64,000 nt of DNA from Polyangiales bacterium. Its GTDB lineage: Bacteria; Myxococcota_A; Polyangia; Polyangiales; Ga0077539. Shown in pieces: positions 18,055 through 27,147 of the stretch. Both the position numbers and the translations under genes were made by a program. The number at the start of each line of letters is the position of its first letter. The first letter of the stretch is position 1. The stretch spans positions 219,947-283,946 of the forward strand of contig JBGARZ010000009.1 in NCBI GenBank assembly GCA_044229975.1, in the 5' to 3' direction. The notes beneath the pieces were generated by a model. The model saw nothing but the letters and a program-made list of their open reading frames with translations. It was not told where the DNA came from and searched no databases.

Positions 18055-21000
18055 TCACTTCTCGAACGACGCGTCGGCGATGCCGAGCGTGCGGCAGTTC
18101 TCGCGTACGTTGCGAACGACCTCGGTGCTCGCCCCCTCGGGCATCTCTGCGTGCACCTCCAGCGTCACGGTCACCCTCGCCCCGGGCAGCGTCGCAAGGT
18201 GCTTCAGCACCTCCTTCGCGATGAGCTCCGCCCTGGCCGCGAGCTGGGTCGCTTCGACGTCGACGCTCGCGTGAAACCGCTTCGGCATCGCCTCTGGCGT
18301 CGGCGCCACCGCACCCGCCTTCGCCGCCCCACCGCGCGCGACCTCCACACCCGCTGGCGAGACCAGCGCGAAGGTACCCGACGGTGAGGCCTTCGGCACC
18401 GCCGTCCCCGCGCCCTCCGCCCGCGCCCGGTCGGCCTCCATCTGCGCTCGCGCGACCGCCGCCTTCACCAACACCGCGTCACCGTCCGCGCTCACCGCAG
18501 TGGAGGCAGTGCCCGCGCGCAGCCCCGCGTAGCGCCCCGTCTCGGCGTCGAGGCGCTCGGCCCAGGCGTAGGTCTCCGTCTCCCACGCGGTGTTGGCGAG
18601 CCCCTTGCCGATCGCGTCGATCAGCACCTTCGTACTCTGCAGCCGCGGGAGGTAGAGGTACTTCGCGAAGTCGTCCGCGAGCGTCTTCACCGGCACCGAA
18701 TCCCCGCGCCACAGCGGAACCCGGTCGAGGTGCATCTTCAGCATCGTCCCCCCGAGCTCGACGACCAGCAGGTCCTCCGCGCGCAGCTTCTTGCTCGCGC
18801 GCACCCCGAGGCCCTCGGCGCCGCCCGCTTGCAGTCGCAGCTCGCGCCACTCGCGCGCGGGCGGTGGGGCGCCGTCGTCCCCCCGTTCCTGCTCCGGGGC
18901 GAGCAGCAGACACCAGGTCTCGTGCAGGCGCAGTTGCACCGTCTCCCTCGCGGCCTTCTCCCGGGCCGTGGCCTGCGTCATCTGCGACGGTTGCAGATCG
19001 AGATCGTTCGCCTCCTTCACGATGCTCTTCCACGCGAGGAACTTCCGCACCGCCTCCTCCAGCTCCACCAGCCGCCGCCGGTCCGGCGCCAGGAACACCA
19101 CGCTGTTGCGATACGTCCGCGGCCCCGTCCCTCGGCCCTCAAGAATTTCCTCGGCGCGCAGCTTCCCCGGGCTGTCCGTCGCGTTGGGCGTGTGCGGATC
19201 GTCCGGGTCGAGCACCACCAGACCCGCCTCGCGCTCGTCAGGGACCTCCCCGCTCTTCCTCGGGGCCACGTACGTCGCGCGGAAGTCCCCGCGGTTCGCC
19301 GGGGTCTTGAAGTGCTCCTTCAGGCGCTCGACGATCTCCTGCGCGACCACGTCGGCCTTCCAGTCTGCAGCGCGGTCTTCCGCGAGGCGCGACACCGTCG
19401 CCTGGAGCCCGAGCCAGTAGCGCGAGCCCTCGGTGTAGAGGTGCGTGCCCCGCTCGACGAGCCGGCGCAGCGCGTCGCCGAAGGGCGCGATGGGCTCGCC
19501 GGGCTGCACGCACCCGAGGCGCACGCTCTTCTCGTCGATGCCGACGTGGGCCGCCCGCTGCACCGGCGCGGTCGCCATGAAGATGGTGCGCGCGACCCGC
19601 CGGGCGGCCGACACCTTGCCGAGGTTCACGTTCTCCTCGTCGATGCGCAGCGCGAGCGAACCCGGTCCGTCCACATCGCGCTCGATCACTGGACCCCACG
19701 GGTCGTCGAGGTAGCGGGCGAGCTCCGACTGCAGGTCCCGCGATGCCACCGGGATGCTCGCCGGGAGGATCATCAGCGTGCGGTCGCCCTCGTGGTAGAG
19801 GCGGTGCACCACCGTGGCCATGAAGCGCAGCACCCCGCGGGTGCGCTGGAAGCGCGGCAGGCTCGACCACTCCATCGACAGCCGATCGAAGAGCTCGGGG
19901 TGCAGCGGGTACGCCGCCTGGAGCTTGCGCTCGTAGTCCTTCTCCTTGCACTCCGCGGGGAACTCGTTCGGGTTCGAACGGTACAACTCCATGAACTTCC
20001 GGATCACCGTGTCGCGCGCCGCGAAGAGCGCGGGGTCGGTCACGGGCTGGAAGAGCCGACGCCGCACGATCTCGTAGCTCTCCTCCGACGAGGCGGCGCG
20101 CCAGGGCGACTCCACCCGCCCGATGGCGTTCTTCAGGCGCTCCAGGGCCTGGTGGCCGAAGGTGCCACCCACCTCGATGTCCTGCGCCTCGGTCTCCAGC
20201 CGCTGGCCCTTGCGGTCGCGCGCGACGAGGCTCTCAGACGCCGGGATGCTGACCACCAGCAGCGTGCGGGGGGCGGCCTTGGCGGCCTCGCTGAGCTGCT
20301 GCGCGAAGGTGAAGTGCGTGTCGAAGTTGCCGCCCGGCAGCTCCTTCGAGCCGAAGAGCTGGCGGGCGTAGGCGACCCACTCGTCGACCAGCACCACGCA
20401 CGGCGAGTAGCGCGCGAACACCTTGCGCAGCGCGTCGCCCGGGTTGGTCGCCGTCTCGTCGGACTCGCGCACCATCTCGTAGCCCTCGCGGCCGCCGAGC
20501 TGCCACGCGATCTCGCCCCAGAGCGTACGCACCTGGGTGCCGTCGTCCTTTCGCTCGGGCTGGCCCGGCGAGAGCTTGTTGCCCACGATCACCGCGCGGC
20601 GCACCGGCGGTAGGGACGAGACGCCCGCGCGTTCGAGCACCGGCTCCAGCCCCGGCAGGGTGGTCGGCGCCACGCCCGAGAACAGGTGATAGAGCGCCAA
20701 CATCGAGTGCGTCTTGCCGCCGCCGAAGGTTGTCTGGAGCTCGATCACCGGGTCGCCGCTGCCGCCACCAAGGCGCTGGAGCGCATTGGTCAGGAGCTGT
20801 TGCAATCCCTCGGTGAGGTAGGTGCGTCGGAAGAACTCCGCGGGGTCGCGGTACTCCTCGGAGGCGTCGCCAGTGACGACAGCCCAGAGGTCGGCCGCGA
20901 ACTGCGCGAGCTGGAAGGTGCCCTTCGCCACGTCGGCGTGCGGGAGCACGACCTCGCGCCACGGCTTGAGCCCGTCGCTCGGAGCGCCCTTGAGCTCGAC

Positions 21001-21399
21001 CTGGGAGTTCTTGCGCGACTCCTTGCGGGCCTCCTCCTCGAAGCGGGCGCGGAGGAGTTCCTGACGCAGGCGGTCGACCTCGGCCTCCTCGTCGCGCGCA
21101 GAGATGCCGGCGAGCAGGCGCGCGGCGTCGTCGAGCACCCGCCAGGTGGGGTCGGCGTCGAAGCGGGCGCGCTCGGAGATGCGCGCGCGGACCGCGCGGA
21201 GGTCTTCGACGAGGCGGCGGCCGGGCTCGCCGAGTACGCGCGCGGGGGCGGGCTCCCACTGGGCGAGGAGGTGGTCGAAGAGGCCGTCGGGCGATGCCGG
21301 GAGTTCGGCGGGGCCAAGCGCACGTTGGGCCCACGGGCGGAGCGCGGTGTCGATGAGGTCGAGGGCGCGGGTGACTCGTTCGAGGTTCGACAGGGACAT
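18055..21399 (-). CDS. DUF499 ATPase, BrxC/PglY-like, with an N-terminal Swt1-like HEPN domain
   Basis: Characteristic DUF499 P-loop ELQTTFGGGKTHSMLALYHLF and Walker-B-like VVLVDEWVAY. Size 1114 aa, typical of BrxC/PglY. Confidence 0.7.
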   Translation of the reverse strand: MSLSNLERVTRALDLIDTALRPWAQRALGPAELPASPDGLFDHLLAQWEPAPARVLGEPGRRLVEDLRAVRARISERARFDADPTWRVLDDAARLLAGISARDEEAEVDRLRQELLRARFEEEARKESRKNSQVELKGAPSDGLKPWREVVLPHADVAKGTFQLAQFAADLWAVVTGDASEEYRDPAEFFRRTYLTEGLQQLLTNALQRLGGGSGDPVIELQTTFGGGKTHSMLALYHLFSGVAPTTLPGLEPVLERAGVSSLPPVRRAVIVGNKLSPGQPERKDDGTQVRTLWGEIAWQLGGREGYEMVRESDETATNPGDALRKVFARYSPCVVLVDEWVAYARQLFGSKELPGGNFDTHFTFAQQLSEAAKAAPRTLLVVSIPASESLVARDRKGQRLETEAQDIEVGGTFGHQALERLKNAIGRVESPWRAASSEESYEIVRRRLFQPVTDPALFAARDTVIRKFMELYRSNPNEFPAECKEKDYERKLQAAYPLHPELFDRLSMEWSSLPRFQRTRGVLRFMATVVHRLYHEGDRTLMILPASIPVASRDLQSELARYLDDPWGPVIERDVDGPGSLALRIDEENVNLGKVSAARRVARTIFMATAPVQRAAHVGIDEKSVRLGCVQPGEPIAPFGDALRRLVERGTHLYTEGSRYWLGLQATVSRLAEDRAADWKADVVAQEIVERLKEHFKTPANRGDFRATYVAPRKSGEVPDEREAGLVVLDPDDPHTPNATDSPGKLRAEEILEGRGTGPRTYRNSVVFLAPDRRRLVELEEAVRKFLAWKSIVKEANDLDLQPSQMTQATAREKAARETVQLRLHETWCLLLAPEQERGDDGAPPPAREWRELRLQAGGAEGLGVRASKKLRAEDLLVVELGGTMLKMHLDRVPLWRGDSVPVKTLADDFAKYLYLPRLQSTKVLIDAIGKGLANTAWETETYAWAERLDAETGRYAGLRAGTASTAVSADGDAVLVKAAVARAQMEADRARAEGAGTAVPKASPSGTFALVSPAGVEVARGGAAKAGAVAPTPEAMPKRFHASVDVEATQLAARAELIAKEVLKHLATLPGARVTVTLEVHAEMPEGASTEVVRNVRENCRTLGIADASFEK

Positions 21400-21508
21400 C
21401 GGGGGGACTCCGAGAGGAGGGAGCTCAAGCGGTTACGTCGAGGAAGGCGCGGCGGTACATCAGCGGATGAAGGGAACGCTCTCTACCGGATTCGACATCC
21501 GCCCTCAT

Positions 21509-22960
21509 CTATCGGGTCTTTTCCATTCGCGCCTGTAACGCCGCCAGCCGAGCGTTCATCCCTTGATGGCGATCATCGAAATCACGATGAGCCTGCCCGA
21601 TACGAACGAGTTCTGCATTCATACGAACGCTCTGCACCTGCCAGGCTTGCGCGCTGACTGCAAACCGGTGTGCAAGCGCGTCCTGAGCGACGACCAGCCT
21701 GACAGCACCGTTGGCCGTCGCCTGCAAGGCCTCACCCACCGCGGCGATTTGGGTGATGAGCGCAACCTGGGCTTCCCATGCCTCGCGATTCTCCGCTCTC
21801 CGCACGCCCTTCTTGAGGCCGTCATAGCCCGCACTGCCCAACAAGGACCCGACAAACGATCCCACCAACGCGCCCACGACCGGGATGGGAATCAGCACCT
21901 GCCCCGCGGCCGCACCGTACATACCCGCCACACCGGCCACGCAGCCGCCTGCGGTTCTGTCGCCAAACTGGGTTGCCGAGATTTCCCCCTGCGACAACCT
22001 GTACGCGTCGACCATCGCGCGAAGCACGACAGCCGTCATCGCACCAACAACCCCCGGGGTGACTGTACGCGCGGCCTCCCCCAACACCCCCGTCCGGCAC
22101 ATCACTTGTACCCCCGACGCGACAGCGCCGCGAAGGAATCCAGCACCGCCGCCATTGATCCCTTCTCTCGCGGCGGCCTTCAACGACTGGGTTGCACGCT
22201 CGCGATCACCCTCATAGGCACTCCGAAGGGTCGCGATCACATGAGGAGCGGCGGCCATGGCGGCTGAAATCGCGACCGCGCTCAACCCAGCCTTGGCCGC
22301 CTCGCGCGCAACATCCAACGGTTCGATGACCTGGTCGATCGATACACCGTAGTCACGGAGGTTCGCGTCCCCACGCTGTCCGTCCCTGGCGAGGCGGATC
22401 GCATCTTGTTGGTCCAGTGCATGGGACCGAGCGCCCCCGCCTTCCAGATGGTCACTCACGACATCCGCGGTATCACGCAATTGTGCAGCCTGCTCAGGTC
22501 TGTGGCCGTGAATACGGGCAGCACGCGCCAACGCCTCGGCCTGCACTCCATCCAACTGATCCGCCGGAGCGACCTTTCCCATGCCAGCATACTGAGGGTC
22601 GCTCAAAGCCTTCGCGGTCGCACCCGCATCGCGATGGTATTTGACCTGGTAGTCGACATGGCTGTGGCCCACGTGCAGGCGAGCGTCCGCCGGACCGTTG
22701 CCTCCGAGGCGTTCAGCTCGAACTTCGTGCAGGCCACTGCGTGCCGCGTCGACGTTGAACGCGCCAACGTGAAAGACCTCCGCCAGGAAGCCTTTGGCCG
22801 AGTGAAGCGAGTTGTTCCGATACTGCGCAGCGACCTCGTCAAGCATCTTGGAGAAGACAGCGATCGCCCCATCTACCGCGTCGGCGTAGGCTGCCCCATG
22901 CATCGCTCCATCTTGTGCGCCCACATGATCGCGCGCTCTGTCCGCATGTTCGTCGTTCAT
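21509..22960 (-). CDS. Hypothetical protein with a C-proximal glycine-zipper membrane segment
   Basis: GGCVAGVAGMYGAAAGQVLIPIPVVGALVGSFVGSLLGSAGYDG (GxxxG repeats). Stop overlaps the upstream gene start (ATGA). Confidence 0.45.
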   Translation of the reverse strand: MNDEHADRARDHVGAQDGAMHGAAYADAVDGAIAVFSKMLDEVAAQYRNNSLHSAKGFLAEVFHVGAFNVDAARSGLHEVRAERLGGNGPADARLHVGHSHVDYQVKYHRDAGATAKALSDPQYAGMGKVAPADQLDGVQAEALARAARIHGHRPEQAAQLRDTADVVSDHLEGGGARSHALDQQDAIRLARDGQRGDANLRDYGVSIDQVIEPLDVAREAAKAGLSAVAISAAMAAAPHVIATLRSAYEGDRERATQSLKAAAREGINGGGAGFLRGAVASGVQVMCRTGVLGEAARTVTPGVVGAMTAVVLRAMVDAYRLSQGEISATQFGDRTAGGCVAGVAGMYGAAAGQVLIPIPVVGALVGSFVGSLLGSAGYDGLKKGVRRAENREAWEAQVALITQIAAVGEALQATANGAVRLVVAQDALAHRFAVSAQAWQVQSVRMNAELVRIGQAHRDFDDRHQGMNARLAALQARMEKTR

Positions 22961-23919
22961 CTTGCTCCTACACTCAAATAGACTTCCAGAACCAGAACCG
23001 ACACTGCAAGTCCAACTGCCGCGGCTAGCGCAACCACCTTCCGGGTTGTCATCGGTCGGACGCCCATCAGATGAGGAGCAGCCACTTCCATTGCCCCACG
23101 CAGACGGGCTATCTCACGAGCCTGAACGTCGTGATCAGATTCCCTCTGCGCAATCGATTGTCGCAGCAGGGCGAGCTCTTGCGAAGCGCGCCGAGTCTGA
23201 ATATCGTGATCAGACTCCTTTTGCGCAATCGATCGCCGCAGAAGAGCAAGCTCTTGCGAAGTGCGATCACGCTCTTCGTGCATGATCATCTGTTGCTCAG
23301 CGAGCAAGAGCATCTGGTCGACGGTTCCTTGCACCTGGAGCAGGCGATCTGCCTGACCCGACTGAGTCGTGATCGCACCACCGACGGTATGTCGAAACGC
23401 TTCAAGCTCGGCATGGATCACCTGCGTCATCGCCATACTACGGGCGTTCGCTGCAAGCGCGACCCGCACGAGATGCACGGTGACGGCCTGCATCTTGACG
23501 ACGTCTTGCATGGCCAGCGCGAGATCGCGAGTATTGTTAGCGAACATCCGTCCGAAGAATCCCCGTTCAGCGATCTCCCCCAATCGATCCTGCGTCGAGA
23601 GCACCAGCGACGACAGGTCGCGGAATGCAGTTCGGACCTCCTCGGCTCGCTGCATGATCTCGGAGCCGTGCGCAGCCTTCGCGAGGCTCGATGTCCATGG
23701 AACCATCGAGCCAGCGCCGTCCGAACCCGCCATGGCACCAAACCTCCCGGAACTCACATCAATCCGCGGTCGGACGCTGTCCGTTCCACTTCGGCCGCGG
23801 AGACTGCCAGCGAAGGGCCCTCGTGGGAAGGACCTTCTCGGACAGTCGAGCGTCAAAGGACGGACGACGATGTCGTTCCGTCGGTCGAACTCCCAGCGGA
23901 GCAGCTCGACCTCGCAGTT
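22957..23919 (-). CDS. Hypothetical coiled-coil protein with a C-terminal transmembrane helix; contains a 66-bp tandem repeat
   Basis: Two copies of SQELALLR.SIAQ.ESDHD.Q.R. C-terminus KVVALAAAVGLAVSVLVLEVYLSV. Lower GC than the surroundings. Start uncertain; I took the GTG after the upstream stop, and the track ORF extends to 24108. Confidence 0.4.
   Translation of the reverse strand, partial: NCEVELLRWEFDRRNDIVVRPLTLDCPRRSFPRGPFAGSLRGRSGTDSVRPRIDVSSGRFGAMAGSDGAGSMVPWTSSLAKAAHGSEIMQRAEEVRTAFRDLSSLVLSTQDRLGEIAERGFFGRMFANNTRDLALAMQDVVKMQAVTVHLVRVALAANARSMAMTQVIHAELEAFRHTVGGAITTQSGQADRLLQVQGTVDQMLLLAEQQMIMHEERDRTSQELALLRRSIAQKESDHDIQTRRASQELALLRQSIAQRESDHDVQAREIARLRGAMEVAAPHLMGVRPMTTRKVVALAAAVGLAVSVLVLEVYLSVGAR
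23110..23285. repeat. Intragenic tandem repeat, about 66 bp x 2.5
   Basis: cgtgatcagattccctctgcgcaatcgattgtcgcagcagggcgagctcttgcgaagcgcg and cgtgatcagactccttttgcgcaatcgatcgccgcagaagagcaagctcttgcgaagtgcg. Confidence 0.6.
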
Positions 23920-23947
23920 CACAGGGTGAATGGTCGCATGCGGACGC

Positions 23948-24478
23948 TCAACCCGCTCTTCGCCCGCCGTCGAGGCCGCCAGCACACTGCGCCTGCCAGC
24001 ACGCAACGGCCAGGGCGAGCGCCTCGTCGAGCGAGTCGCAGCGCCGCATGTGAGGATGGAGCTTCGCAGCGGCCCAGAGGTAGTTGCGGCCTTCGGTCGT
24101 GGGTGCAATCACGAAGAACGTCGGAATCCTCGCGCCGAGCAGGAAGCCGAACTCGCACCGGCTGGCGAGGGCCTTCGACGCCGCGTCCAGATGGAAGACC
24201 ACGCAGATGGCGTCGCGGAGGCCCGCGTGCTCTCGAGCGACGAGTGCGTCGACATCGGCCTGGCGAGCGTCCCCGTTGCTGGCATCGATGCCCGACCAGT
24301 CTGTGGCGGTCGGGTCGAAGCCGGGGACTCCCGCCTGATGGAGCGCCGCGAGCAATGGCAGACGCCACGGCGTCGATATGGAGCCATACAGTGCAACAAG
24401 ACCAGATCGTGATGCGACGGTGGACGAGGTTTCAGACTCAATCATTGGAGTCACGCGGGGAGGATGTTCGGCGAGCAC
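23948..24478 (-). CDS. Hypothetical protein (176 aa), possible Rossmann-like fold
   Basis: GC3-biased ORF directly downstream of the deaminase gene: LVALYGSISTPW...ICVVFHLD...FFVIAPTTEGRNYLW. No confident family. Confidence 0.4.
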   Translation of the reverse strand: MLAEHPPRVTPMIESETSSTVASRSGLVALYGSISTPWRLPLLAALHQAGVPGFDPTATDWSGIDASNGDARQADVDALVAREHAGLRDAICVVFHLDAASKALASRCEFGFLLGARIPTFFVIAPTTEGRNYLWAAAKLHPHMRRCDSLDEALALAVACWQAQCAGGLDGGRRAG

Positions 24479-24528
24479 TTCAACGCTCGGAAGATGGTAA
24501 ACGACGACGCCCGCGGATTGTACCGCTG

Positions 24529-27144
24529 TTAGGCCTTACGCCCACCCGTGGATGGTCGCGATGCAGTGCTCCACGGTGGCGGTAGCAGCTCCCGTAGTGC
24601 CTCCCGATCGGCGCTGGCCGCCAGCGTGAACCGTGCTCGCATCCCGTTGCGCCGCGCCTCGTCGAGCCACGCGAGCGCTTGCCGTGCCGAGAGGTCGCGC
24701 CGCGAGAGCGCGTGGAAGATGTGCGCGTACTCGTCCGAGAGGCAGCTCGCGAAGGTCGCGGGGTTGTCAGTGTTGATCGAGAGCAGTACGTCGGGTCCGA
24801 CCGCCGCCGTCGCCCCGCCCACGGCCTCCGGCAGCGGCTGCAACCTGAACGCGGGGTGGTGCTCCAACGAGTCCAGGTTGCCCAGCAGGAGGTTGCACGA
24901 GGGGTTCGCCTCGACGGTGATCTCCAGCTGCCCGAGCTTGCGCCGCAGCCACGCCTGCAGCCTCCCCGCGACTGCCGTCTCGGCCTCCGTCGAGACGACC
25001 TCGACGACGTCCTGACCGCGCGCGAAGACCTCGCCCTCGCGCAGGTAACGCCAGAGCAGCAGCTCCGCGCCCTTCAGCCCGTCCGAGGTCCGCCGCACGG
25101 GGTAGCCCAGCCTCCGCAGCACGCGCGGGTCGTGCCGCAGCCGCCGCGCCTCGCCGTGCTCGGCGAGTGAACGCTCCTCGTCATAGATCGCCTTCGCGAG
25201 CCTCGTCGCCTCAGCCCGCACGTACTCCACCCGGCCCGCGTCGCCACTGAGGTCGCCGGTGCCGTAGCGATCCAGTTCCCAGAGCAGATCGTCGAGGCGC
25301 TCCTCGGCGGGTTGCATCACCAGCGGGGCGGCCTGCGTGTGGCGGGCGACGTCGACCCCCAGCACCAGCGCGTGCCCGATGCGGTCGCCCGTGTGCAGCA
25401 CGTGAAACTCCACCAGTTCGTGCACTCGGCGCAGGCCCTCCATCGCCCGCCGCCAGTCCTCCCCGGCGTGCACCGAGGTGCGGAACAGCTCCGGCTTCCA
25501 CCGCGGCTGCCGCCGCGCCAGTACCCGCGCGACCTCCGACGAGGCCCTCCGCAGCTGGTCGAAGAGCGGAACCGTCACCCACGTCGGCACGGCGAGCTCG
25601 ACATTGCAGACGTCAACGCTCCGCAACAAAATCAGCAACTCGGGACGAAGTCGTAGCGCCGTCTCGATCGCCTGCACCCGTTGCCACTGGTCCCGAAACC
25701 ACGGACCGAAGCGGTAGCCGAAGGCGGCGTTGTCGGGGTCGCCCTGCATCCGCTGCTTGCCACCCTGCGTGCGCTCCCAGCGCTTTACGAAGTGGAAGAT
25801 GAGCCCGACCTCGGGGCGCACCCGCCCGATGAGCGGCTCGAAGTCATGCGCCTGCCGGGCGAGCGCCCGCACCTCGTTGCGCACCTTGAACCAGCGATTG
25901 GCTGGCGTCGTACGCATCTCCAGGGCGCGCAGGTTCAGGTCACGCGACTGGGACATCAGCGCCTCCGCGTAGTAGTCAAACGTGGCGAGGTCGCGCAGCG
26001 GCGCGAGCCGGTCGTAGCGCTGGGTGAACCAGTCGAGCCCGCCCGTTCCTGGTTCCTGCACCAGGAAGCGGAAGGTCAGGCTGCGCACCCGGGTGTATTG
26101 CCAGAAGAGCTGCGCGAAGGTCGTGTCGTCGCGTCCGTCGCGGAGGAGATATCCAATCGCGCGACTGGCGAATCGCGTCTCCGGCGAGACCGACTCGGTC
26201 GGCGGTAGCCACGCCTCCAGCGGATCACGCACCTTCGAGCGGGGACCCGGGCGATGGGAGAGGCTGATGTAGAAGCGCCGGAGGACGGCGTTAGGGTGAC
26301 GCTGGTCCTGGCCGAGGAGCAGGGAGTTGAGCACGCTGGAGAACAGCGAGCGGGCGCCCTCGCCCTGGAAGCGGCGCAGCGTAGCATCGAGTCTCGGCAG
26401 GAATCGACGGAGGTATTCGTCGAGGGTGCCGCGGATGGTCCCCTCCTCGCGTCCCTGGAGGAAGCCCGCGAGCACCAGCCGGGTGATCTGCGCCGCGAGG
26501 AGATGTCCGATGAAGACCTTCGCGCTGTCGAAAGGCACCCTACCGCCGCGGGCGAGCTTCTTCTCGTCGGGTAGCGCTTCGAGGAGGCCCCGTGCGAGCA
26601 GTCCCCAGAGGCAGCCGAAGGAGAGAGCGGCGCCGACGTGGAGATGGCCCTCCGCGCAACCCTCGTCGAGGACCTGGCGGAGCTGCGGAGTGACGAGGGT
26701 GACGTGTTCGGTGGCGGGGTCGCGCCGGTCGGCCGCCGCGAGGGCCGCGACGAGGAGGTCGGAGGGGAGCGCGAGGGTGATCCAGCGCCAGCACTCGGCG
26801 CGGGCGTGGAGGTCGGAGTCACGGTGGAGGCAGACGGTGGTCCCGTCGGCGGAGAGCCATTGGCAGGCGGTCGTGGCGAGCACCTCGGCGAGGGACGCCG
26901 ATCGCGCGGGGTGGGAGAGCCAGAGCTGGTTGCGCTGCTGGCGGAGGGCGTCGAGGGTGGTGCCGGAGGCGCGCGGGCGGAGCCAGTCCTCTAGGGACGT
27001 CCAGAGCCTGCCGGTGGACTTGTCGGGGACGCCGGCGGCGTCGCGGCCGAGGGTGACGGTCGCGGCGCGGAAGGCGGGCTCGGCGCCGAAGGGCCAGGCG
27101 ATGACCTCCGCGGCGGCGCGGTGGTGGTGGCTCGCGGGGTCCAT
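24529..27144 (-). CDS. rdrB: Large divergent adenosine deaminase (amidohydrolase fold), RADAR RdrB-like
   Basis: Adenosine/AMP-deaminase metal-binding signatures in order: HLHVG, SVHAGEDW, GDRIGHALVLG, SINTDNPATF. 871 aa. ATG 3 nt after the stop of the upstream ATPase. Confidence 0.6.
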   Translation of the reverse strand: MDPASHHHRAAAEVIAWPFGAEPAFRAATVTLGRDAAGVPDKSTGRLWTSLEDWLRPRASGTTLDALRQQRNQLWLSHPARSASLAEVLATTACQWLSADGTTVCLHRDSDLHARAECWRWITLALPSDLLVAALAAADRRDPATEHVTLVTPQLRQVLDEGCAEGHLHVGAALSFGCLWGLLARGLLEALPDEKKLARGGRVPFDSAKVFIGHLLAAQITRLVLAGFLQGREEGTIRGTLDEYLRRFLPRLDATLRRFQGEGARSLFSSVLNSLLLGQDQRHPNAVLRRFYISLSHRPGPRSKVRDPLEAWLPPTESVSPETRFASRAIGYLLRDGRDDTTFAQLFWQYTRVRSLTFRFLVQEPGTGGLDWFTQRYDRLAPLRDLATFDYYAEALMSQSRDLNLRALEMRTTPANRWFKVRNEVRALARQAHDFEPLIGRVRPEVGLIFHFVKRWERTQGGKQRMQGDPDNAAFGYRFGPWFRDQWQRVQAIETALRLRPELLILLRSVDVCNVELAVPTWVTVPLFDQLRRASSEVARVLARRQPRWKPELFRTSVHAGEDWRRAMEGLRRVHELVEFHVLHTGDRIGHALVLGVDVARHTQAAPLVMQPAEERLDDLLWELDRYGTGDLSGDAGRVEYVRAEATRLAKAIYDEERSLAEHGEARRLRHDPRVLRRLGYPVRRTSDGLKGAELLLWRYLREGEVFARGQDVVEVVSTEAETAVAGRLQAWLRRKLGQLEITVEANPSCNLLLGNLDSLEHHPAFRLQPLPEAVGGATAAVGPDVLLSINTDNPATFASCLSDEYAHIFHALSRRDLSARQALAWLDEARRNGMRARFTLAASADREALRELLPPPWSTASRPSTGGRKA

Positions 27145-27147
27145 GCG

